Assembly: GCA_965153455.1 (NCBI GenBank)
Contig: OZ234493.1
Location: 8,856,213-8,920,212 of the forward strand
DNA: 64,000 nucleotides
Reading direction: 5' to 3'
Source: Sphagnum compactum
Taxonomy: Eukaryota
The stretch's first letter is position 1. Every line of letters starts with the position of its first letter. Under the pieces are notes generated by a model that made no database searches, was not told the DNA's origin, and worked only from the letters and a program-made list of their open reading frames with translations. Below are positions 48,501 through 60,180 of the stretch, piece by piece. A program made the position numbers and the translations under genes.

Positions 48501-48780
48501 GACAGAACAACAACAAGAGTTATTAATTGGTTGAAACAATTAACGGGTACCCACTAGTATATATATAAAGCATTAATCATTGTGTGAATGTAATAAAAAA
48601 AAATTGATTTTTTTTTGTTGGGCACTGTACTTTATCGTAATTGCATCGAGAGCCTGGTGTCGCATTTAATTTGTTGCTATTGTTTAGTGTTTGTTTAATG
48701 TAATTTTGTATGTTTTTAAAACTTTGATATGTTATATTATATTTTAATGAATATGTTTTTGAATAAATGGGCTTCTTATT
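45550..48780. mobile_element. Foldback-like non-autonomous element with long diverged inverted arms and internal sub-repeats; right arm interrupted by a Helitron
   Basis: 45780-45950 matches the reverse complement of 47540-47706, and 45550-45770 matches the reverse complement of 48558-48780. The core has ~310 bp direct repeats (about 46150 and 46470 onward) inverted against 46845-47010, plus ~58-60 bp subrepeats at 47010-47530. Confidence 0.75.
47708..48557 (+). mobile_element. Non-autonomous Helitron (850 bp)
   Basis: A|TC 5' end at 47707/47708 and CTAG|T 3' end at 48557/48558, with no target-site duplication. Subterminal hairpin ttaattg...caattaa. Internal (GTCT)n-containing 38-bp tandem repeats and a 244-bp duplication at 47961 and 48205. 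Confidence 0.78.
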
Positions 48781-51227
48781 ACACATGTATTTGCAAATGT
48801 AAGTAGAAAGAAAAAGAAAAGCTATAAAATTCGAATTTTTAAAAAAAACCTTGAAAGGCTATGAATTTTAGAATGTGAGACACAATTTGATAGGCTGTTA
48901 TAATTTTCAAGTGTTCATGTTTACAATATCAAGTGCTCAAATCATTTCCTTTCTCCACTTGGCAAATGTGCCACCTGTGACCCATGTGTAAATATTTCAA
49001 TTTATTTCATGTTTACCCACTTATATTTGCATGGTATAAAGATGTTTGATAACATTACGTTCACACGGTGTATAAGATAAATGTTGGGTGATTTTTACTA
49101 CCCTTTCAAACAATTATTGTACACTACCATAGCCTAGGGTTAGTTTCCATATTGACAAAATGAATAGTTATATATTTTCAAAAAATGAATTCATTTAAAA
49201 AAAATTTTGAAATTATTATTATTATTATTTTCATCATTTATTATAATATTGTGATATGAGTAGTGAAATTATTTGGAGTGTAGTCTACGATAATTACGAT
49301 GATTTTTAACATGTCAACTTCAAATTTTCACAAGATTTTGGGGGGAAAAATATAGTGATTTTAAAAGAGAAGAAAAAACATTACATGAAAGAAAGAGGTA
49401 GTTAAGTTTTGTAAAGGCATTCAAATAATGATAATACAATAATAATAATAATAATAATAACACCATTATATCATTACATACATAGGTAGTCCACTTGAAA
49501 CCATAGACTCTAGATAAATTCATAAAACCATGGTATCATGCTCAAAACCCTAAATTTCTTTTTTAGGTTGCCTCTAACCATGGTAAATATCAGGGTCTCT
49601 TGAGTCCAAATTTACCATTTCCTGGGGTTAAATAATGGCCACTAGCCTACTAGGTACCACCTACAAGGCCCTTACTTACCCTCACAGCCAGCCAGGCAAA
49701 AGCGCGGAATAGAGATTCTACCGTTACTGTCCCAAAGCGGACGATTACGCAGTTTGCGGAACCGGCTGTTTTCGACGCTGGTGTTCGCCTCTCGCCCTTC
49801 GCGTTAGGTTTTCGTTCGGTTGGGTGCGGTGCGCGCACTCGCCCGCAGGATGTGCGAGGAGGAGAAGGAGGAGCTCCAGCAGCAGCAGCGGCAGCACCTA
49901 TAGACATTTGGAAACGAGAGTTGTTGCGTCGGACGTGGGGTTCCTTTGCTGCCTCGTATATTATTACTCCCTTCATTTGATTCTCTGTTTTTAACTCTCT
50001 GTTCTTCTTTTTTGGGTCACACTCCCAGCGGTGGAAGTTGTCTGTAGTAGTCCCTCTCTTGTCTCAATTCTGTGCTTTAACCCTAGCAAGCGCCGACCGA
50101 AGGTGGTGGTGGTGGTGGTGTATTGCGGAAAGGGTTCTTTTATGCCCTCTTCGTCGCCTATTATTCGGGAGTTTCGTCATTTCCAAGTTCTTATTTTTCG
50201 ACATCCGTTGCCGTGGTGTGTGGAAACCTAGGCCCTTGTGCGGTGGTACCTACCCTCCTCCTTCTACTTCACTTGTCTCAGAGTTTCACTGTAAAGAGTA
50301 GTCATGTGTTGTGAGTTCTGACGCTTGGTGAGTGAATCGAGGGGGCTCCCTTGCTGTTGCCTTTTTTGGGTAGTTCAGTCGCAGTTTTCATTTGGTACAG
50401 GGTTTGTGGCGGAGGAGAGAAAGGGCTCCAGGAACGCAAGAATGGGTGCAGGTTGGAAGCGCTAAAGCAGGTCTCGTGAATGTAACATAGAGTGTGGCAT
50501 GCGGGGGGTTAGAGGTTTTAGTATTGGAGGTTTTAGCAACAGCGCTATAGGAGAATGCCAAGCCTTGGAGCTTAGGTTTCACAAATAGGTTTCCTACATT
50601 TGCGCAACTGTACTTTGTAACCAGTTACAGCCGTCAAGAAGAAGATAACCCTAAAAGGTTTTTCAAACGCCTTGACTTTGTCAGCAGTGGGAACTCACTC
50701 ACTTGTTAGGTGCTCTGCAAGTGGTGTGCCTTCTTGGCTCCATTGTTTGTGGATCCGTGGTGGCACCTTTCAGACAGATTGTGGTGGTGGTGATGCTGTG
50801 ACATTCATATTCCAAAAGCTGGATAATGTTCAGGGTTTGGAGGATTTCTCGGTTTGTGGGTTATTGGGCTCTCCAGGTTCTGGTTTTTTCGTGAATCCAA
50901 AGAATCCTCTTTGAGAATGGTGTTTCAAGATTTTGGGGGTTTGTGTTTCTGAGGTTTCAAGTGGTGCTTTCGTGCACTGAATTCTTTGCAAAGCAAAAGC
51001 TATAAAGTATTGCAAAACGCCAACCAAGCACATACCGTGAGGGGAAGAAAGAAGTTCAGTGGCCAATGCTGGCACAGGTGGTGGACCTCTGATGGAGAAT
51101 CCACCCAGCATTGGCCAAGCATTTGCTGCTATTCTTCTTGCCTTCAATTTGCAGGAGAAAGTGATATCTAGAGTGTGTTCTGAAATCACAATAACTGGCG
51201 GAGGGGGGGAGGAGCTGGAGGGGAAGC

Positions 51228-54200
51228 ATGCTGAGTGTGTTAAGGGTGCACTTACCGTCCGATATTCCTATTGCGGGATGCGAGCTTTTGCCTTATGTGT
51301 TGCTGCGTCGCCCTGATTCCACCATCACCACTGATGATGTCCCTGAGTCCTCTCCCGTTGATGGCTACCATTTGCGCTGCCGATGGTACTACCTTTTTCG
51401 TGTTTCATGCATACCAGTAGTCTGAAATAATCATATCTTCTGTCTTTCTTTCTTGTCTGCCTGTGGATGGAGGGGAATTGTAGTTGGAAATGCACCATGC
51501 TAGTGACTCCTGCAGAATCTGGAAGGTAACATCATGTGTTAAAAGTATAGGAAGTGTATCAAACACAATTTTGGCATGTATTTTCTTGGGAGAGTAAGCT
51601 TTTATGGAATGACTACACCACTGTTGTTCCAGAGTTTTTGGTGGCCTTTTCTTTGCAAAGTTAATTGCTGTCCTATAGTGTATCTCCTCTCATCTTTTTC
51701 ACCAGTTATTAGGTTTTCTCATCTAGGAGCTATCTGAGCTCTTGAATGCTTCCATGTTCTCCTCTGTCTTTTCTTCCTTCTTGCCTTTCTCTTTTAGCTA
51801 AGTTTTTACGGCCTGTACAGTGCTTAAAGTTTGGAACTTTTTTTTCTGACAACTTTTTGGCTTTGTGCAGTAATTGTCAAAAAACATTCTACTATTTCTT
51901 CATTGGGTAGTGATCTGAATGTGCAGGTATCGAATCCAAAGTGATAAGAGGGTGGCAGTTTGCAGTGTGCACCCATCTGAGGCTGCCACACTGCAATGCT
52001 TGGGATGTGTTAAAGGAAAGCTCGCAGTTGCAAAGAGCTATCATTGCTCCCCCAAGTGCTTTGCAGATGCATGGAGACATCACCAAGTCATGCACGCAAG
52101 GGCAGCAAGCTGCCCCCAAGAGAATGGAGCTGAAGAAGATGAGCCACACTTGGGACACTTCAATTCAGGCTCGGTTGGAGGGATAGAAGGGGCTTTGATT
52201 GGTGGTAATGTGCTTAGCAATGGCTCTGTTTTCTCCAGCCCTGCAAGGACCTCGGGATCAATGGATCAAGTGGTGAATGGAGATACTTGGTATGAAGTTG
52301 GGCGGGGCAAGACTTATACACCTACTGCTGACGACGTGGGCCATGTGTTAAAGCTTGAGTGTATGGCTGTGGATTCAAGCACTGGTCTTGGGATTGCTGC
52401 AGCAAGTACAGTTCTAACATCACGAGTCATTCCAGCTCCTTCACCAACACCTCGCCGGTTGATTCCAGTGAACTCCTTGGATGGGCCTGCGGGTTTGGAG
52501 ATGGAGGGTCGCATAGCAGCACCAGGGACCTTTACAGTTCTTTCATACAATGTGCTAGCAGACCTTTATGCCACCAGTGATATGTACAGCTACTGTCCCC
52601 CATGGGCTCTCTCATGGGCATACCGCAGGCAAAATCTATTAAGGGAGATTGTGCAGTATCGAGCAGATATTTTGTGCCTCCAGGAGGTACTTTCATATTC
52701 TTAATCTGTTTGCAGCAGAGTGGATTGGAGTCTTGTGGCATTTTTTCTGCTTCCATCTTTGGGTAAGTTGCTAGAAACATTGGAGACATGCTAGTTTTCA
52801 TTGTAATGGGGCCTTTGGAGCTGCTGAGTGGCAAAACCTATTGTCAAGTGGTTGGTAAGAGGGGTTTAACCCTTTATGAGACTTTAGTAATGTGTGTGTT
52901 TGACCTGGATTTATAGGTGCAAAGTGATCACTTTGAGGAGTTCTTTTCCCCAGAATTGGAAAAGCATGGCTACGCAGCAGTGTACAAGAAAAAAACTGCC
53001 GAGGTCACACCCCTTCTCTTGAACAGAAAATTTACAGAGTTGGTTAGGAGGACCAGTATCTGTCCAGCAAATTCCTGATTGAAATAGCTGCTTCTCTAGT
53101 ACAGGAAAAGTTGAGGATCCTGAGGTCAAAGTTTTCGCATGAAGTGGTACTACTACAGCATAATTCACCAGCAAAGACCTGAGGGTGTTCTGTTTCAGCT
53201 TTATTTGATTGCAATCAACTCAGGGCTATGTCACTGCTTATCCCCAGGCAGCTGACACATGGCTTCATGGGTCAAGGATGCATCTAGAATAGAACCTGGT
53301 ATGTACAATCCAGAGCCCTCTATATGGCTGCTGTTAACTGTTGCTAAGTGTGAAGATTTGTCTGTTTTTTCACAGGTGTATACAGGCACGGTTTATGCAA
53401 TTGACGGCTGTGCTACATTTTACCGTCGTGACCGCTTTTCACTTGTTAAAAAATATGAGGTAAATTGCTGTACATAGTTAGTTTTTAATGGCAACAAATT
53501 GTGGAACACATGGAGGCATGCTTGCTGTTGTATTTTCCTTTGCCCAGATAACAGTCATCTTTGGAGGTGGAAGAAAAATAGAGGCTGTGACTGACAACTG
53601 TCTCATTCTTACTTAACTCTCAGGTCGAGTTCAATAAAGCTGCTCAGTCTTTGTCAGAGGCACTTGTACCCTCTGCAACAAAAAAGGCAGCTCTTAGCCG
53701 CTTGCTCAAGGATAATGTAGCACTTATTGTGGTTCTTGAGGCTCGAGAGTCAGGGAGTACTGTAGATGGACAGTCGGCCTCTGGCAAACGTGGTCAGCTG
53801 CTATGCGTGGTGAGTGGAATGCACTAACTTTTTAGCATTGGGATTGTAGTAGCTATAACTCTTGGCCACCTTGCAGTTGTTGTGGGTTCAATTCACCATT
53901 AGGTCATGCTAGATTTCGCCAATCAGTGCCAACCCAGCTGTCAAGGTGGTCACTGGGTAAACAAGTCATCCAAAGTGTGAAACCTAGCAGCTTTCCTGAG
54001 TCCTTTGGGGAATAATAGGTGACTACGTTGTCTGTCCACTTCAGTAGCTGTAAGTGTAAGATGCTCAGGCATGCTTTGGTCATAAAGATTCACATCATTT
54101 TTTCTGCATCCGCCATATGGACTGGAAACCTCAATATTTGAAAAGTTGCACATTGTCCTCCATTCCTTTCCCAGGAGATGTTCACCTGTCTCCAGTGCAA

Positions 54201-56036
54201 ACTGAACATCATTGCAGAGACCTATTCAAAGAGTGAGTAGCTATGCAAGCTTTCTCAGTAACTCTGAAAACACATGGTGGTCACTGAAGAGTTTGAAGAA
54301 ACTCATAGTCATGAGCATGATTTTGACCATGTTGGTTTTCCTGGCAGGCCAATACACACATTCATGCAAATCCAGAGCTTAAAGATGTCAAGCTCTGGCA
54401 GGTATCTTCACACTGCTCTGACCTCAGATACCTCTTCTTGGGACATTGTTAGCACAGGGCACAAGAGCCTAGCAAAAGTTGGTGTCCATCTGTGAGGGAG
54501 CATTGTATATGACTGACAAATGGATGAAATGGTGTCATTTCAAGATTCATGTGATGGAAGTGTTGTATGGCTTCACCAAATTATTGTGCAGATCCCATAA
54601 AACAGGGTTTTGGCAGCTCCTGCAATCTTGACTCATAAGCTGGCATCTGAAGTTATTTGTCTTGTGATAGCTTTTTGGAAAGTTGGTTAACAGTTCCAAT
54701 TAATTCCTGGTTTGGATTTTTATCCATAGAGCTGGAGGCTTCAGGTTTTCAAGATTTGGGATGTTGGCTTGAAGGATAATAGTTCTTGGCCAAACTTCAT
54801 TCTATTTCAAATTGTTAGGAATCAGGCCAGTATCTGTGGATTTAGTGCACTTCTATTGGATTCAAAATCTGACTTTCTTTGTTCAGGTACATACTTTGTT
54901 GAAGGGACTTGAGAAAATAGCAGCCAGTGCAGACATTCCAATGTTGGTGGCTGGGGACTTCAATTCAGTTCCCACAAGGTCAGTATATATGTATGATTAT
55001 TTGGACCCAATTCTGGAGGTTTTTGATTAGCAACTAGAGAATGACATATCAGACTGAAAGCCCTATAGGCCCAAAACCTGGTCATGGGATGCAAATGAGA
55101 ATGTCACAGATCAAAATGCATGCTCCTGAACCAAGTGATTATTATTGAATTATAATATGATGGGTATTTGTGGCAGTGCCCCACATTCACTGTTGGCAAC
55201 AGGACGGGTTGATGCAGCACATCCAGATTTGGCAACTGATCCATTGGGTATCTTGCGCCCTCCAAGCAAGTTGTGTCACTCACTGCCTTTGGTGTGTATT
55301 CTCCCTCAGAAGCTGCATCCTTAAAGTGACCTGTTGTTACCTCGTTGGTATCTCATGTGATTAGAGTTTGTTCATATTGGCAAGTGAAGGAAAGGCCATG
55401 TCGGACTCTTGCAGGGAGTCATGTCAATTGACAACATGCTGAACCCTTGCAGATGAGTGCTTATTCAGCATTCGGCAGGCTGAATGGAGTGGGCCCAACC
55501 TTGGATAGGCAAAAGCGGCGTATGGACTCAAGCAGTGATGAGCCTTTCTTTACAAACTGCACCCGTGATTTTCTGGGCACTCTTGACTACATCTTTTACA
55601 CTGGTGACTCCTTTTTACCTGTGGTTGACTACTTATTGTATGGTTGCTAGAGATGCTGAATTCTACTATTTGCTTTCATAAAAAAGAAGGATCTATCTTT
55701 TTGAATTGGGAGCATATAGCAGCATCTGTGCAAGATGGTCCTTCCTAAAGGTGTTAGAGATGACCTTGTAATGGTCAATGGGTGGTGTTGATGAAAGCAG
55801 CGGATTCACTGGGTGTGGAGTCACTCCTGGAGCTACTTGATGAGGAGAGCTTACGTAAAGATACTGCATTACCATCTCCAGAATGGTCGTCAGATCATAT
55901 TGCCCTATTGGCTGAGTTTCGCTGTAATCTTCGCCCATTCACTTCAACCCATCTCTCATTTCCTCTACACCTGTCTCTTGTGTGTATGTGGTATCCATTT
56001 CACTTTGATATGCTTTTGCTGCTTTCCAGTCTATGA
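51228..56036 (+). CDS. CCR4: Carbon catabolite repressor 4 (CCR4) deadenylase, plant CCR4a/b type (zinc-finger-like region + EEP nuclease domain), ~640 aa; last exon uncertain
   Basis: Exons 51228-51385, 51927-52686, 52917-53003, 53376-53459, 53624-53809, 54348-54401, 54887-54978, 55177-55291, 55453-55603, 55801-56036. Motifs: MLSVLRVHLPSDIPI, CSVHP..ATLQC..C...SYHCSPKCF..AW.HH, VLSYNVLAD, LCLQEVQ, ANTHIHAN, GDFNS, FTNCTRDF.GTLDYIFY, SSDHIALLAEFR. Confidence 0.93.
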
Positions 56037-59000
56037 GTATGCAGCTCAGGTAGTCTATTTCAGTCAACATTTTCATAGTTTGGAAGACTTACCTAAAAAG
56101 AAAGGGAATCCTCTCTTCTTTTTTTGCTCTCACCTGTATATGGGCGTTTTGTGTTGATAATGATTTTTAGCTGGAAATGTTATGTATGGATTCAGGGCTT
56201 AGGTTGGACCATGAAAACCAGAGTGGACGAGACCCCTTTCCTAGTCTTCAACGTGAGGGTGGACGTTTACGCACATAATCAAAGGGTCATCCATATTTGT
56301 TGGTGTTTACCATGTGTGGGTGTTGACCCTGACGCTGTATTGAACAAGAACCCCTTATGGGTCCAAGTCTTCAGCACAGGTAGATGCACATGGTCAAAAT
56401 CCTGTTACTAGAATATGAAGGAATTGGTTTGGTACCATTTGTCTGTTGAACCTCTGCTCAAGTGTATGTGTACATTTCACTAGGTAACCTTCAGTTGGGT
56501 GTTATAAATTTGTTTAGAGCAAGTTGCTTGTGATATATGCCAAATAACAGAATACCCAATCTGGTCTGTGTTTTGTTTCCTGCATCTTCAGAGCACATCA
56601 TAAAATGAAGTGGGTCTTGGGTTTCTCTAATATTTGTTACAGTTGCTTGAGAGTATTGGTTGCAAGATTCATGTGCTAAGTAGCTTAAGCATGCTAAGTT
56701 TCATATTTATCTTCTTTCCTAATAGATAACTTGGTCCTCATGCTTGCTTGCTTGGTCTTGAAGCAGTGAATTCGTATCACATCTAGTACTTAATGTGCAG
56801 TCATTTCAGATGACTTCTACCACTTTACAATAATTCTGATTTCTTGAATTGTCTTATTGGGTCGAATGCCTATCCAGTTCTTCTCCCCAGGTTATCCTCA
56901 GTTAAAGGTTTGTAGACAATGCAATATTTCACTGACTTCTCATATTGCGACACAGATTTTATTTGCAGTGGCATAGTAACAAAGCAGGATTTTGCCTTTG
57001 GGATCTATATCTTTCAAGCACTTCTCAATCTTGAGTTTGATTTCAGAGCCCACTTTGTGTTCAAGAGATGATGCTCCTGAAGTTCTGCATGTTGTTTCTG
57101 TGTTATCTTCCTCTTTCCTGAGTCCTGTTCCAGCCAGTCTTGTGATAGAACAAAATATGTCGGTTAAATGTATGGCATTGACCTAGACCTACTTCTGGGA
57201 GCTGATGATGATGTTGGGATGTTATTATTGGAGGCAGCCATTAGATACATGTTGAAATTCACTGAACATGTGTGTGCATGTGTGCATGTCAGTATTATTT
57301 GAGCCACCCCTAAGTTTTTCCTGTGGTTTTTATTGTCAGTCTTCTCTTTTTCCTCTCACTGATATATTGGAAGAGCTGAAATCTCTATAGCCTTATCATT
57401 GGGTGATTTTGTAATTTTAAAGTGGTGAGTTGCAATATTTTATGAAGAAATGTGTTCTACTTGTTCTAAATTTGTGTTCTGTTGTATGGTGAAAGATTTG
57501 GAACACCTCTTTTGTTAACTTGATCTGTAGCTGAGTCATAGATGCATGTCTTTGCAGGTGAGCATATGTTAGTGAGAGAAATTGCCCTAGTTGTTTCATG
57601 ATTTGGAACCCTGCTATGAAAGGTGTTTATGGGCTGCTCCTGAGAAGGGCAGCTGCAACCTCCGATGCAGTTAGTAAGAGTACAGATACGGTTACATATA
57701 CAGCAAGATAAGCTTATCAATGAGCAAATTTGGACTAATGCTCATGTTATCCCCTAAGAGCCAAAGGCCTTTCTACAACCATTTCCCCTTATAGTTCAAG
57801 CTTTGGTTAGTAATACGGCCCAATCTTGTTGCCCGTGAATGAGGTTACAAATCCAATGGTTGGATTCAAAGTCCACATACTCAAAAATCTTTGGTAATAA
57901 TTTCATTCAAAATCCAACAAGGATGATGAGATAGCAAATCTAGATTCAGCTCAAAGAGGATCAGGTAGGGTTTAGGCGTGAGTCTGGATCTGAAGCTTCA
58001 TTGGTGAAAAAAGACTTTTGACATGACACTAAAGCATGCATTCTATTATGGCAATTGTGATGACCAAGTCAGGTATTGATATCAAGAAAGAGCCAAAATG
58101 TGATTCTTCAAGTAAGAGCATATGCACCCATCTTGGGTATCTAAGCTTGCATCACTATGTTTCACATCCGTTACTATTTGTTTACACATCCCAAGTTCCA
58201 CCCATGTTGGGTATTGAAGCTTGCATCACTATTTCTCACATCCATTACAATTTACTTACACAACATCCCAAGTTCCACTCATAAACTTGAAAGTGGGACT
58301 CTACAAAGTGAGAGATCACTAGGTGGTAGCAAACTGAGTGGACCAATTAAATAATTCAGCCAATCAACAATAGTGAAAGATTATGCCGTGGGGACCAATC
58401 AAGCGATCGAGCCAATCCATAGCAAGATTTAAACTATGTAGTGGCTGCGCAAATATGTTGTACCAAAACCATTTTTTTGAACCAAACTAATAATTTTTTG
58501 ATTGTTCTACATCCCAAACATGCTCTTGCAATGCATGGGTGAAGATGCTCTAAAATAGAAATCAAAATGTGATTTTTGAAATGTGAATATGAAGATATCC
58601 AAAAACGGTAACAACTTCAAAAAGATCCTCCCAATGCAAAACTCTTGAGTTAGCTCACAAATTTCTAGAATTAAAGAATCTCCGATAATGGATCGTATCA
58701 CTACATTAGAGGAACAACATTACAATAATGCAAAAGTTGACTATTCTACTCAACTTTTGTGCTTGTATTTGACACTCTTCCATAGGTGTGGTACAAGTAA
58801 ACCACTTCCTTTAATTGGCCAATCACAAATGATTGACCCAAGTTATGATATTTACATGGTGTCACAATAAAGTGCTTTTCAAAATTCATGTTTATGGGTG
58901 GGGTAGGGGAAAAACACTTATCTCTATGTTGGCTAGTGATACCAACCCAAACCAACCCAAATGAGTGGCATCATCATTAACAATGTTCTTAACTCGCACT

Positions 59001-59559
59001 ACCCATCTATGCTTCTCACTACTCTCATTGGTGTAAAATGTGAGCAATTGGGTTCCAACTAGAGGTCTATTGCTCTTATTTATCAAAACCTCACCCAAAT
59101 TCATGTGGAGATTCCCTATTAGTAGACCATCTCAAAACTCACAAGAAAAAGCCCCATGCAACCTCGAGAATCATGTGTCCACAACCATAATGATTTGAAA
59201 TTTCAAAAAACCCCATTTTCGGCATATTAGGTGTTTATGCATAAATGAAATCTTGAGTATTTCCACCCCCCCCCCCCCCCCCCTCATGTGACTACTTGTT
59301 TGATTTGATTGAAATTTGACCATTTATGATAATCATGTATTAACAAGTGATATTATGCACTAATCATTAACTATGTTGTTCACTAGGCTCAAAATTGTCA
59401 ACCCATTTTGTTTCTCTAATAATTTCAAATTGCTAATGTGAAAATTTAGGTAAGCCCAAACTCCTTGTTAAAACTTTGTATGGGAGATCTTACTATGTTG
59501 CACTCTCATGATTCAAGCTTTCAATAACAAACAAATGGAATGTCAAAAACAAGGATGAA

Positions 59560-60180
59560 TGAAGCTACGTGACAAAAAAAATTTAAATGAAAATACAAAT
59601 TTAGGAGATGTTTTTTTAGACATGTTTTCATACAAAAGTGTGTGAGATATCAAATGTCCCTGAGAAACCAAAAATAAATTAAACTAAAAAGTCTACCTGC
59701 ATGGATGTGGGTTTCTCATGGAAATTTGTGAAATTCAAATTTCCAAAAAATATATATAATTAAAAAAAATGTACCTTTGTAGACATTTTTTTCTCACATA
59801 AATCCATGAAATAATGTCCATGAACAAAAATAAATAAATTCAAGGACATCATTTTTTCAATGAAATTTATGAAATATCAAATGTCCATGAGCAAAATAGT
59901 AATAATAACAACAATAATCCACTACTACCTCCATGGATATGATTTTCTAATGGATTCCCGTGAGATATCAAATGTCAACATAAAGAAAGAAAAAAAATGC
60001 CTCCATGCATGGATGTGTTTATCTCATGAAAATTTGTAAGAAATGTCCATGAAATAATAATAATAATAATAATAATAATATTAAAACCACTGCTATTTCA
60101 ATGGATGTGATTTTGTCATAGAAATTTGTGAGATATCAAATCCCCGCAGACAAGTTTTTCTCACAAAAATCTATGACGTT
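59560..60180. repeat. Degenerate AT-rich sub-repeat array
   Basis: tgagatatcaaatgtc-like and catggatgtg-like motifs recur at about 59643, 59870, 59962 and 60129. Related motifs occur at 61000-61230. Confidence 0.6.
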
